Below are positions 44,018-53,952 of a stretch of 64,000 bases of DNA, one piece after another. The notes beneath the pieces were generated by a model. The model did not search any database. It was not told where the DNA came from and saw only the letters and a list, made by a program, of their open reading frames with translations. The number at the start of each line of letters is the position of its first letter. Position 1 is the first letter of the stretch. The DNA is from Nostoc sp. (GTDB taxonomy: Bacteria; Cyanobacteriota; Cyanobacteriia; Cyanobacteriales; Nostocaceae), in assembly GCA_036918135.1 (NCBI GenBank), contig JBALDB010000018.1, forward strand, positions 64,001-128,000, read 5' to 3'. The position numbers were made by a program, and so were the translations under genes.

Positions 44018-44044
44018 AATTTATATAAGTACAAAAAGGTATTT

Positions 44045-44845
44045 ATGGTTACAGTACGGCGTTGGTGGGATCGTAAAGGGTTACAAATCGGGCTGTTAGC
44101 TCTAGTAGCTGGTAGTGCTTGGATAGTGCGACAGACTCAAGGTGAATTGGTGCTTGAGACATACTATGCAATTACCCGTCCGTTGCAGATGTTACAGTCA
44201 GGGCCAACTCCAGAAGAACGTCTTAGAGATGCCCGGACATTAGAATTGCAGACTCGGATAGTAGATTTAGAAAGTGAAAATAAAAAGTTACAAAATTTAT
44301 TGGGCTATGTCGAAAAAGAGCCACTAGCATCAAGACCAATACCAGCACGGGTAGTAGGACGTAGTGCTGACCAGTGGTGGCAACAAGTTACCTTGAATCG
44401 GGGTGCGAATTCTGGAATTCAGCAAGGCTACATAGTCAAAGCAGACGGCGGATTGGTAGGTCTAGTGGAAAGTGTAACTCCCAATACTAGCCGCGTCTTG
44501 TTAATCAGCGACCTTAAGAGTCAAGTAGGTGTAACAATTAGCCGCACTGCTGCTAAAGGTGTTTTGCGAGGAGATTCCTCTGCCGAAGCTGTGCTGGAGT
44601 TTTATGAAAAAGTCCCAAATGTGAAAGTAGGAGATTTAGTTTCCACATCTACTTATAGTCAGAAATTTCCATCAGGCTTGGCAGTAGGACGAATCAAGTC
44701 GCTGAATTTAAAGAAACTTCCAGCTTCAGTGGCAAAAGTTGAGCTTTTTCCGCCAATACGCTTTCTAGATTGGGTAGCAGTCTATCCAAAGCTAGAAAAC
44801 CAAGATTTAGAAAGCCAAAAATCGACCGATCAAAAGTCTAAGTAA
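44045..44845 (+). CDS. mreC: Rod shape-determining protein MreC
   Basis: TM helix, coiled coil (LESENKKL), ARVVGRS, GLVGLV, GDLVSTS, FPSGLAVG. Confidence 0.95.
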   Translation: MVTVRRWWDRKGLQIGLLALVAGSAWIVRQTQGELVLETYYAITRPLQMLQSGPTPEERLRDARTLELQTRIVDLESENKKLQNLLGYVEKEPLASRPIPARVVGRSADQWWQQVTLNRGANSGIQQGYIVKADGGLVGLVESVTPNTSRVLLISDLKSQVGVTISRTAAKGVLRGDSSAEAVLEFYEKVPNVKVGDLVSTSTYSQKFPSGLAVGRIKSLNLKKLPASVAKVELFPPIRFLDWVAVYPKLENQDLESQKSTDQKSK

Positions 44846-44871
44846 ATTCTTCCTTGAAAATCTACAGAAAA

Positions 44872-45504
44872 ATGAAGATTCCTGCATTCGTTGGTAGCAG
44901 ACAGAAAAAGCCAAAATCGTCAAAGCGAAAATCGAAAATCCAAATTCCACCGCTTTCTCGTTGGCATCCTACTGTACGTCAGTTGACAGCTTGGATGGTG
45001 ACAGTTGGGTCTGTGCTGTTATGTTTACTGTTATTGCCAACCCGCCTCCCAGGTATGGAATTATTGGGAATTGGGCCAAACTGGCTGTTAATTTGGGTGG
45101 TAGCTTGGAGTGTGAAGCGCACAATGTTTACCGGAGCATTGGCAGGTATAGTTTTGGGGCTACTTCAAGATGGAATGACATCACCTCATCCTACTCATGC
45201 CCTGAGTTTAGGTATAGTAGGAGTTCTGACAGGTTTACTTCAGAAACAGCGGTTCATGGATGAAGATTTTATTTCTATTGCTGTAATTGTCTTTGGTATG
45301 GCAATTTTAGGAGAAACTATCTTTGGGTTGCAATTAACTTTTATGGGTGATGCCTACGGTGGGGAAAGTCTACGCCTTGCAGATATTTGGACATATTACC
45401 AACGTGTCGCTCTTGCTTCTGCAATTCTTAGTAGTCTCTGGGCACCTGTGGTCTATTATCCCCTAAATCTTTGGTGGCAGCGGATGAAATTATTGGAGCA
45501 ATAG
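44872..45504 (+). CDS. mreD: Rod shape-determining protein MreD
   Basis: GIGPNWLLIWVV and GLLQDG motifs; polytopic membrane protein following mreC. Confidence 0.93.
   Translation: MKIPAFVGSRQKKPKSSKRKSKIQIPPLSRWHPTVRQLTAWMVTVGSVLLCLLLLPTRLPGMELLGIGPNWLLIWVVAWSVKRTMFTGALAGIVLGLLQDGMTSPHPTHALSLGIVGVLTGLLQKQRFMDEDFISIAVIVFGMAILGETIFGLQLTFMGDAYGGESLRLADIWTYYQRVALASAILSSLWAPVVYYPLNLWWQRMKLLEQ
45347..45375 (+). mobile_element. 21-nt small dispersed repeat inserted into a HIP1 site within mreD
   Basis: GTGAT-[GCCTACGGTGGGGAAAGTCTA]-CGC; adds AYGGESL in frame. Confidence 0.75.
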
Positions 45505-45704
45505 TCAATTAGAGGGATGAGGTGAAGCAGATTTGTAGATTTGTAGCAACTGTTTTAAAAGTTAAAACGCACAGAGATTAATGGTGTGTTGTGCTACCCT
45601 ATAAGGCATCCTACAAAGTTAATATTTACATTTATAAATAATCTCTTAACCAGAGTTAGAGGCAAAAGAACAAGGGAGATAATGAATAATAACTCCGAAC
45701 ATTT

Positions 45705-45969
45705 TACAGCAGTTTGCAAGTAAATGAGGTACAAATGCAAGACTTAAAATTCATAACTCCACACTTAATACACTTTTTTGATTTCAACGCATATACATAT
45801 CTTTTTTATATCTAATTTTAGCTCTTGCTAGCAAAAAAAAGGCGGGCTATGCCCACCATGCTTTGTTACACAACACAACAAATTACAGCAGAACTGAGAA
45901 TTAGAATAGTCTCTAGACTTAGTTACCGAACCTAAATGGTTTACTTCACACCTCTTGAAATCTGCTGTA
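45705..45969. mobile_element. Cluster of TACAGCAG-ended MITE remnants
   Basis: 45705-45733 differs by 1 nt from the reverse complement of 38072-38100. 45884-45969 (TACAGCAG...CTGCTGTA) is similar to 16327-16419. Confidence 0.6.
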
Positions 45970-46241
45970 ATAACTAAAAATTTATTTACCACTACCTAAT
46001 CACTCAGCAGTTACAAATACAATAATACCTAGCACTACTGATTACTAAAAAACTTTATAATAACTCGTTGAGCCGTCAACACTTCACGTAAATATATCTA
46101 GATAATTAGAATTTACTAAAGATGCAAGTTTGCTAACATTATCAGCACTAGTATTTAAACCTAAGTCATCAATATTTTACAACTTTACTAAGCTATAATT
46201 ATTTTTATTTTATAACCTTGATTAATAAATTGGACAGATAG

Positions 46242-47183
46242 TATAGCAATCGAAGTATAGGTTAGGACGTTAAACGAATGGCTGTATCAACTCTGTCGCG
46301 AAAATTTTCGATAGTACCAACTGATTTTCTGACTCGGTTTTTTATTGGAAATCAATAATGTTCAATATCGTTTAAATCAGGAGAGTATGGTGGTAAATAC
46401 TCAAGTTCACACCCAACAGATTCAATTAATTCACGAATTTTCTGAGATTTGTGGAAAGTGGCATTATCCAAAATAACTGTCTGTCCTGATTTGAGTTCAG
46501 GTAAAAGTTTTTCTTGAAGCCATTTCTCAAAAACTAATCGATTACACGAACCTTCAAAGGTTAATGGAGCAATTAACTCTCCTTGGCATAAAGCACTCAT
46601 AATGCTTACTCTCAGATTTCTTCTTCCTCATTTTAAATCGTAAAATCTTTCTCCCTTGGGGTTCCATCCATAACCATAATCTTCTCTATTATCTATTCCT
46701 GATTCATCAACATAAACTAGCTTTGAGCCTTCTTTTTTGCTGATTTTGGCTTGAAACTCCTGCCTTTCTTCTTCATCCCTTTCTCTATACCCGTAAGTTT
46801 TTTTCGGCTATAACCAATTTTTTTTAAGGCTTTTCCGATAGTGCGAACGCTAATTCTTCTGGCCAAGTTTGTGCCATTTGTGCTTGAGTCTTACTACCAT
46901 TTACTTGTACAAACTGCTAAAATTTCTCTAAATCAGCAATTTTCTGATTATAACCTTGTTGATATCCTATTTTCGCCTGATAATCTCCTGACTCTTCTCT
47001 CTTCTTTAACCAAGTGTCTATTGTATTACGGCTAATTTGAAATATTTGACTGGCTTGAATTTTTCTCATCCCACTATCAATCGCATTAATCACCTTAGTT
47101 CTTAAATCGTAACTATAAGATGCTGGCATTTTTTTCAAGTCATTTCTTTCTATTATGTCCTAACCTATACTTCGATTGCTATA
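46242..47183 (-). mobile_element. IS630-family insertion sequence (~940 bp), non-autonomous
   Basis: Perfect 27-bp inverted repeats TATAGCAATCGAAGTATAGGTTAGGAC (46242-46268 and 47157-47183) including the TA target dinucleotides; transposase fragments inside. Confidence 0.95.
46262..47129 (-). pseudogene. IS630 transposase pseudogene
   Basis: HTH part MPASYSYDLRTKV..., DDE part VILDNATFHK and YLPPYSPDLNDIEH. In-frame stops at 46917, 46628 and 46352; A7 run at 46798-46804. Confidence 0.9.
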
Positions 47184-47262
47184 ATTTCGGTTAATTAAAT
47201 TTATTATGTTTGAATTTGTTATAGATAAATCACTTAATTAAAAAATCGTGAATTATATAAAT

Positions 47263-47292
47263 TGTAGAGACGCAATTAATTACGTCTCTACA
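47263..47292. repeat. REP-like palindrome
   Basis: TGTAGAGACGCAATTAATTACGTCTCTACA. Confidence 0.7.
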
Positions 47293-47445
47293 TTACTTTT
47301 ATTATTCAAGCTAATATCTTTTTTATCCTTGCTTAGGAAATAGAAAATGGTTTGAGCTTGAGTACTTAACGTTTCATGTTATTTTTGCAAAATAGGATAC
47401 ACCAGAGTTACCTTCTCTACGTTATTTTGCAAAAAAATATGAAAT

Positions 47446-47628
47446 TTAGTCAACTTTTTTCTTGATATTGTCTTTTACGTCTTCAATACCATGACGCACT
47501 TCGCTTTCTGCTTGCTTAGCTTTACCTTCAGCTTGATCTTTTGGATCTCCAGTAACGTTTCCTGCTACTTCTTGAGCTTTACCTTCAATATTTTTAGCAG
47601 CAGCTTTTGCACGATCTTCTAGGCTCAT
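47446..47628 (-). CDS. CsbD-family stress protein
   Basis: MSLEDRAKAAAKNIEGKAQEVAGNVTGD...AEGKAKQ; AGGAG RBS. Confidence 0.9.
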   Translation of the reverse strand: MSLEDRAKAAAKNIEGKAQEVAGNVTGDPKDQAEGKAKQAESEVRHGIEDVKDNIKKKVD

Positions 47629-47969
47629 TTGATACTCCTGATTATTCAATGAAAGTTTATCTCAAAGCTATAAACCAACTTTGAAATCTTTTGTTATTAC
47701 TCTTACACATTAACTTAAAGTTTTTGCTAAAGCCTTCCACCACAAGACATATTAAAAAATTAGATATGATGAATTTATAATTCAAAATTCAGAAAATTAA
47801 TTGTAGTAAGCATCCTGGCTATTAAGTAGCTTAAAATTTAAGTACAAAAAGCTTAGTTACCTATGCTAAAAGACATAGGACAAAAACAAATATCTTTGGA
47901 TTGTTGAGACTAAAAAACCCAATTCCATAGAAAAACTGGGTTAATAAAGTTATAGAAATATTTTTTTGT

Positions 47970-48437
47970 CTAATCTAGAAAACCCATGAGGTTTGTAGAA
48001 TCATCAATATCATTTGATGCTACTGGACGGTTACCGAATACTGAATAGCTTTGAGCTACTACTAGCGAACTTGAGCTAACTGGACGAATACCAGAAAGGT
48101 TAATATTTTCAACGACTTGAATGTGATTTGCACCTATTGGACGAATACCCATTGCGTTATAAGTTTCAACAACTTCTAACTTACCAGTGCTAACAGGACG
48201 CACCCCACTAACTGAAAGTTTTTCAGTTACTTCCAAGTCGCTACTACCTATGGGACGAACTCCAGTAATGGCCAATGTTCCAGTAGTTTCCGGCGCTGAG
48301 ATTTCACTAACCAGATCGACTCGATCTCCATTTAAGCTTTGTGCTTGGTGATTTTCAACTTCCACTATAGTTTCCCCTTTCAGCTTTGCATAGTTTTGCC
48401 GAGAACCGATTGTTTTGGAAGTGTTACTAATAGCCAT
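47970..48437 (-). CDS. Hypothetical protein with five ~19-aa G(V/I/N)RP(I/V) repeats
   Basis: Start at ATG 48437 after GAGG. The upstream extension in the ORF track is AT-rich and overlaps uvrB. Confidence 0.75.
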   Translation of the reverse strand: MAISNTSKTIGSRQNYAKLKGETIVEVENHQAQSLNGDRVDLVSEISAPETTGTLAITGVRPIGSSDLEVTEKLSVSGVRPVSTGKLEVVETYNAMGIRPIGANHIQVVENINLSGIRPVSSSSLVVAQSYSVFGNRPVASNDIDDSTNLMGFLD

Positions 48438-48686
48438 AACCGAATACCTCTTGTTTGTTAATTGAATTTTACAATACTTAAGGAAAGATAAATTTTTTCC
48501 TATATATGAGAGTTTAACCTTAAAAAACCTCATATAGATATAAGTATCTTTAAAACTGATACATAAGTAAATTAAAATAGTAAACTTTTGTAAAGTAATA
48601 TTGCGATTAAATGGCTTGATTACCCAGCTACAATAGATAGAGGGTGAAATCGTTACCATCAGACAGGGTATTTCCAGCAAAACTGT

Positions 48687-50684
48687 ATGACAGAATTTTG
48701 TCTTCAAGCTCCCTTTAGTCCGACAGGCGATCAACCGCAAGCGATCGCCCAACTGTGTGCTAGTATCCAAGCTGGCAATCATTACCAAACTTTACTAGGT
48801 GCTACGGGAACAGGCAAGACATTTTCAGTAGCAGCAACGATTGAGAAAATTGGCAAGCCTACTTTAGTCCTAGCGCATAACAAAACTTTAGCTGCACAAC
48901 TTTGTAACGAACTACGAGAGTTCTTTCCCAACAACGCCGTTGAGTATTTCGTCAGCTACTACGATTACTATCAGCCAGAAGCATATATTCCCGTTACCGA
49001 TACTTATATTGAAAAAACGGCGGCAATTAATGATGAAATAGACATGTTACGGCATTCAGCAACGCGATCGCTTTTTGAACGCCGTGATGTCATCGTTGTT
49101 GCTTCCATCAGTTGTATCTATGGTTTAGGAATACCATCAGAATATCTCAAAGCTGCCATCCCCCTCCAGATAGGTATGGAAGTCAATCAACGTCAAATTT
49201 TACGGGATTTGACAAATGTGCAATATAGCCGCAACGATATAGAAATGGGTCGGGGAAAATTTCGCGTCCGGGGTGATGTTTTAGAAATTGGCCCAGCTTA
49301 TGAAGACCGAATTATTCGCGTCGAATTTTTTGGTGATGAAATAGATGCGATTCGTTATATTGACCCTGTGACGGGTGAAATTCTCAAAAGTTTAGAAGCC
49401 GTAAACGTTTATCCTGCACGTCACTTTGTCACCCCAGAAGAACGGTTAGAAATAGCTTGTCAAGACATCGCCGCCGAATTAAAACAGCAAAAAGCCGACT
49501 TAGAACAAGCCGGAAAATTATTAGAAGCGCAACGCATAGATCAGCGGACGCGTTACGATTTAGAAATGCTGCACGAAGTTGGTTATTGTAATGGTGTCGA
49601 GAACTATTCCCGTCATTTAGCAGGAAGACAAGCTGGAGAACCACCAGAATGTTTAATTGATTATTTCCCTAAAGATTGGCTATTAGTTATCGATGAATCT
49701 CACGTGACTGTGCCTCAAATTCGCGGCATGTATAACGGCGACCAAGCAAGAAAAAAAGTTTTAATCGAACATGGATTTAGGCTTCCTAGCGCTGCTGATA
49801 ACCGTCCTTTGAAAGCAGAAGAATTCTGGCAAAAAGTAAACCAGTGTATTTTTGTTTCCGCAACTCCAGGAAATTGGGAATTAGAAGTTTCAGAAGGTCA
49901 TATAGTAGAACAAGTAATTCGACCAACTGGAGTAATCGATCCAGAAATTTCTGTACGTCCAACAGAAGGACAAATTGATGATTTACTAGGAGAAATTAAA
50001 GATAGAATTGACCGCCACGAACGAGTGCTAATTACCACATTAACTAAGCGGATGGCGGAAGATTTAACCGAATATTTAGAAGACCACAGTATTCGAGTCC
50101 GGTATTTACATTCTGAGATTAATTCAATTGAGCGAATAGAGATTTTGCAGAACTTACGCGAAGGTAACTTTGATGTCTTGGTGGGAGTAAACTTGCTGCG
50201 GGAAGGTTTGGATTTACCCGAAGTTTCCTTAGTAGTAATTATGGACGCAGACAAAGAAGGTTTCTTGCGAGCTGAACGTTCCTTAATTCAAACTATTGGT
50301 AGAGCCGCGCGTCACGTCCAGGGACAAGCAATTTTGTATGCTGATAATCTTACCGATAGTATGATTAAAGCCATTGATGAAACAGACAGACGGCGCGGGA
50401 TTCAAATGGCATACAATCAAATCCACGGAATTACACCGCAACCAATTGTCAAAAAATCAAGTAATGCAATTTTGTCATTTTTAGACGTATCTCGGCGGTT
50501 GAATGCAACTGATTTAAAAGTTGTAGATGAACATCTAGACGAACTACCTTTAGAACAGATTCCAGAATTGATTACTTTGTTAGAAACACAGATGAAAGAA
50601 GCGGCGAAAAAATTGGAATTTGAAGAAGCCGCCAAATTGCGCGATCGCATTAAACATCTGCGGGATAAAATGCTAGGACGTTAA
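48687..50684 (+). CDS. uvrB: Excinuclease ABC subunit B
   Basis: [42 protein letters not shown]-terminal UVR domain. Confidence 0.99.
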   Translation: MTEFCLQAPFSPTGDQPQAIAQLCASIQAGNHYQTLLGATGTGKTFSVAATIEKIGKPTLVLAHNKTLAAQLCNELREFFPNNAVEYFVSYYDYYQPEAYIPVTDTYIEKTAAINDEIDMLRHSATRSLFERRDVIVVASISCIYGLGIPSEYLKAAIPLQIGMEVNQRQILRDLTNVQYSRNDIEMGRGKFRVRGDVLEIGPAYEDRIIRVEFFGDEIDAIRYIDPVTGEILKSLEAVNVYPARHFVTPEERLEIACQDIAAELKQQKADLEQAGKLLEAQRIDQRTRYDLEMLHEVGYCNGVENYSRHLAGRQAGEPPECLIDYFPKDWLLVIDESHVTVPQIRGMYNGDQARKKVLIEHGFRLPSAADNRPLKAEEFWQKVNQCIFVSATPGNWELEVSEGHIVEQVIRPTGVIDPEISVRPTEGQIDDLLGEIKDRIDRHERVLITTLTKRMAEDLTEYLEDHSIRVRYLHSEINSIERIEILQNLREGNFDVLVGVNLLREGLDLPEVSLVVIMDADKEGFLRAERSLIQTIGRAARHVQGQAILYADNLTDSMIKAIDETDRRRGIQMAYNQIHGITPQPIVKKSSNAILSFLDVSRRLNATDLKVVDEHLDELPLEQIPELITLLETQMKEAAKKLEFEEAAKLRDRIKHLRDKMLGR

Positions 50685-50694
50685 CGTAAATCTT

Positions 50695-51255
50695 ATGCTG
50701 ACCAATATTCGCCTAATTAGTGTTCAAGAATATCACCAAATGGCGGAAATGGGGATTTTTCATCCTGAAGAACGCTTAGAATTAATAGCGGGACAAATTA
50801 TCAGAATCTCAGCAAAAGGAACTGCTCACGAATCAGCAATTACCCGCACAGAAAGATTATTACGTCAACGTTTAGGCGACAAAGTTTTATTAAGAATCCA
50901 GTCACCAGTGCAACTTGACGATTACTCGGAACCAGAACCAGATATTTCAGTGGTGAAGCCCAATCCATTAGATTATGACGATCGCCATCCCAATGCTTCA
51001 GAAGTGTTTTTACTGATTGAAATAGCTGATTCCAGTCTCAAATACGATCGAGAAGTAAAAGCAATCGCTTATGCTAAGTCAGGTATTATTGAGTACTGGA
51101 TTTTAGATGTTAGTGGACGTAAGTTATATATGTATCGTCTCCCTAGTCCAGACGGATATCATAGTGAAAGCATATTTGCAGAGGATGTGACAATTTCACC
51201 TTTAGCTTTTGGTGATTGTGCAATCAGAATTCGGGAATTATTGCGAAAAATCTGA
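50695..51255 (+). CDS. Uma2-family (DUF820) PD-(D/E)XK endonuclease
   Basis: ISVQEYHQM, RLELIAGQI, EPEPDISV, LLIEIADSS, YAKSGIIEYWILD. Confidence 0.92.
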   Translation: MLTNIRLISVQEYHQMAEMGIFHPEERLELIAGQIIRISAKGTAHESAITRTERLLRQRLGDKVLLRIQSPVQLDDYSEPEPDISVVKPNPLDYDDRHPNASEVFLLIEIADSSLKYDREVKAIAYAKSGIIEYWILDVSGRKLYMYRLPSPDGYHSESIFAEDVTISPLAFGDCAIRIRELLRKI

Positions 51256-51381
51256 GAGGTGATCGCCAGGAAGCATCTGCTAGATAAAATGCTGGGACAT
51301 TTGTACTTGGTCAGGATAGCAATAAAAAAATGCCCTTTTTTCGCTATCCTAAATAAAGTAAATTATTCCCCGATCGCGCTG

Positions 51382-51993
51382 ATGGTTGCTTTACCCGATC
51401 GCATTTTGATGAGTGCAGAAGAATATCTAGTTTGGGAAGCCACTCAAGAGGAACGCTATGAATATTGGGATGGCGAAGTTGTAGCGATGAGTGGTGGTAC
51501 TCGCAACCATAATCGGGTTTGTGCAAATTTTTTTAAGGTTGTAGATGATGCCTTAGCCGATCGCTCTTGTGAAGTATACATTGTAGATGTGAAAGCGCAG
51601 GTAGAATCAGCACAAAAGTATTTTTATCCAAATGTCGTGGTGACTTGCGACGAGCGCGATACCAATCCACAATTAATACAATTTCCCTGTTTAATTATCG
51701 AAGTGCTATCACCTTCAACAGAAGCAGTTGATAGAGGCAAAAAGTTTGCCAAATATCGCCAATCTCCAACCTTGCAAGAATATGTCTTAGTACAAGTAGA
51801 GCAACCCAGTGTGGAAGTGTTTCGGCGCAACGAACAAGGAAAATGGGTGCTGTCAGAGTATAATTTCGATGAAATATTGCGCTTGGAATCGGTGGATGTG
51901 GAAATAGCGATCGCCGATTTGTATCGCCAAGTGCAGTTTGAAACTGAAGCCACTGATAATTCTGTTCGGGTGCAACCGGAAAGTTTTCTATAA
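51382..51993 (+). CDS. Uma2-family endonuclease (PD motif reads PN)
   Basis: MSAEEYL, RYEYWDGEVVAMSGG, YFYPNVVV, IIEVLSPST, LQEYVLV. Start placed at ATG 51382. Confidence 0.9.
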   Translation: MVALPDRILMSAEEYLVWEATQEERYEYWDGEVVAMSGGTRNHNRVCANFFKVVDDALADRSCEVYIVDVKAQVESAQKYFYPNVVVTCDERDTNPQLIQFPCLIIEVLSPSTEAVDRGKKFAKYRQSPTLQEYVLVQVEQPSVEVFRRNEQGKWVLSEYNFDEILRLESVDVEIAIADLYRQVQFETEATDNSVRVQPESFL

Positions 51994-52047
51994 GAGGCGA
52001 TCGCTACAAAGCATTTGCGCGAAAAAGTTCTGGAACCTTAAACCTAA

Positions 52048-52668
52048 TTAGCGTACCACTAACTTATTTTGTGAAGCAGCTTCCTGAATGACATAGTTGT
52101 TGCTTGTAAAGACCTGAATACCCGGAACAACACTATAATCAATGTCATCTGTAATGATTTGAATTTGTCCTGCTCCTGCTCTACTAATCGCTTCTAGGAG
52201 CAGTAGGTCATAGCCGTCAACAGCTTGAGTTTTGAATCGGTTGATCGCTGCATCAGTTGTTGCATCATCTACTGTTAGATCAATAGGAACAGCGATCGCT
52301 TTAACCCGACGCCAAGTAAACTGAACTTCAGCAACGACATTCGCCCGTTCTATTGGGTCATTATGCTGATATTCTTTGATTGGTAGCCGCCCATAAGATT
52401 GGATATAAATCTCATATTCGGTTTTCTCAATGATATGAGTAAGCTCTGCTAAAGTAAGCCCTGAGTAGGTTAGAGTAGCTCCGTTTGAAAGTGCTTGGTT
52501 GAGATAGTTAGGATAATCGTTGAGTTGGTAAGATTTAGCGCTAAACCCAGCATTTACATAAGCGTACCAAAACCAGACGTTTGTATCTACAAAGAAAATA
52601 TCACCTTGTTGTGAAGTATCAGTTCTGATGTTGATGATATCAGCTTGGATCTTAAGGTTAATCGCCAT
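52048..52668 (-). CDS. PIN-domain ribonuclease (putative toxin/effector)
   Basis: FFVDTNVW, LTLAEL, DGYDLLL and ITDDIDY give the complete acidic PIN tetrad. Confidence 0.8.
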   Translation of the reverse strand: MAINLKIQADIINIRTDTSQQGDIFFVDTNVWFWYAYVNAGFSAKSYQLNDYPNYLNQALSNGATLTYSGLTLAELTHIIEKTEYEIYIQSYGRLPIKEYQHNDPIERANVVAEVQFTWRRVKAIAVPIDLTVDDATTDAAINRFKTQAVDGYDLLLLEAISRAGAGQIQIITDDIDYSVVPGIQVFTSNNYVIQEAASQNKLVVR

Positions 52669-52671
52669 ACC

Positions 52672-53019
52672 TCAAGGAGTTACAGCTATATTTGCGATCG
52701 CTGTATCCACAGCAGTACGATATTTTTCATCAGAGTAATATCGTTTGGCATTAGCCATTACATGTTCCAGAACATCATACCCATCAGCGTTGAGAGAAGT
52801 GAATTCAACTAGCTGATTCAGTTTGTCTGCTGGAATGTCCTTCAACAATTGACCAAAGGCGAAGTTCACGAATGGAGACGCAAAAACTTTCACGCCTGTG
52901 AAATCCAACTCTACAGGTTCGCCAGCTAGCAAAAGTGGATGAATCTGGTCATATAGTTTCTGTCCACCATCAGCAGTGATGGCGTATTCTCCAACAATAT
53001 CGTAAATTTTGTATACCAT
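52672..53019 (-). CDS. STAS-like (DUF4325-type) protein
   Basis: 115 aa with DGGQKLY and VELDFTGVKVFASPFVNFAFGQL. Confidence 0.85.
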   Translation of the reverse strand: MVYKIYDIVGEYAITADGGQKLYDQIHPLLLAGEPVELDFTGVKVFASPFVNFAFGQLLKDIPADKLNQLVEFTSLNADGYDVLEHVMANAKRYYSDEKYRTAVDTAIANIAVTP

Positions 53020-53037
53020 TTCTCCATCTCCCGCTCT

Positions 53038-53952
53038 CTAGAATATTTGCTTCCTGAGTTGAGGAACTTCAGAAGCTAGACAGTAGTAGGACTCATCACA
53101 TCGAAGGGCAATATTAACTAGCGTCCCCGAAAAACTAGTACATTTGTTTTCATGTATGATTCCATTATCCCCTATAGTGACATACCCGTCATTACTAAAA
53201 ATCATTAAATTTCCATGATTTTTCTTGACAAATTCTTGTAGTAAATGTAGACCTTCACCCTGTCGAACACCATTCTGCTTTGTACTATTTCCCGGCTGGA
53301 ATGCCCACTCTAGAGCCTCAGTAGCAGTCATGGTTGAGTTTTCAGGTAAAGTGCGAACTCTATTAGGGATACCAATACCAAAGTCGATAACCGTTAACTG
53401 GAGCATACCTGCTTCAGGATAGTTTTGACCGCAGCTAAATACGCCTATTGCAGGCTGGCTATGCTCAAAGGCATTGAGATATATTTCTACGACTTTTCCT
53501 GTAATTGCTTCTTGTAATCTAGGACTGATATTGACCCAACCTTTGCCTAGCCACTTGTATTGCAGGTAGTCAGCTATAGCTATAGGGTCATGCTGGCGAT
53601 CGCTCTTAAAAGGGATAGAGTTACCATCCCAAGGTTCCCAATTGTAGCCAAAATCGCATAAAAAACCATTTTGAGCCAAGTTAGTACGAATTTTTTTATC
53701 GGTAAGTGTATTCCAGTCGAAAGTCACATTACCACCATGAGCTTCAAGCAGGCGAACCATTCCCCCTAGAAACGCAACACCGATATGTCCTAGAAATTCG
53801 CAATAATTAAAATTAACTGTAACTTTTAAGTCGTTTTTAGGAAGTTGCGTAATGTCATACCAATCTCTAAAAAGTCTATCAACATAACGAGGATGGTCGT
53901 AGATTGTACGTACATAGAGAATTGGGGGCTGAGTCTTGGTAAGTAAAAGCAA
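53038..53952 (-). CDS. GHKL ATPase/kinase (RsbW/SpoIIAB-like) with an N-terminal STAS-like region
   Basis: N-box EIYLNAFEH, G1 VIDFGIGIP, G2 STK...GEGL; no HisKA H-box. TTG start after GGAG. Confidence 0.85.
   Translation of the reverse strand: MLLLTKTQPPILYVRTIYDHPRYVDRLFRDWYDITQLPKNDLKVTVNFNYCEFLGHIGVAFLGGMVRLLEAHGGNVTFDWNTLTDKKIRTNLAQNGFLCDFGYNWEPWDGNSIPFKSDRQHDPIAIADYLQYKWLGKGWVNISPRLQEAITGKVVEIYLNAFEHSQPAIGVFSCGQNYPEAGMLQLTVIDFGIGIPNRVRTLPENSTMTATEALEWAFQPGNSTKQNGVRQGEGLHLLQEFVKKNHGNLMIFSNDGYVTIGDNGIIHENKCTSFSGTLVNIALRCDESYYCLASEVPQLRKQIF

Noticed and set aside
46352..47138. Active two-ORF IS630 transposase via programmed frameshift
   Set aside because: An A7 run is present, but in-frame stops interrupt both the HTH and DDE parts.
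48438..48788. N-terminal extension of the 272-aa ORF 47970-48788
   Set aside because: It is AT-rich promoter-like sequence overlapping the uvrB start; a good RBS precedes ATG 48437.
51259..51381. N-terminal extension of Uma2 #2 (MIARKHLLDKMLGH...)
   Set aside because: It is the degenerate uvrB tail copy plus a hairpin (AGGATAGC...GCTATCCT); the Uma2-like sequence begins at 51382.
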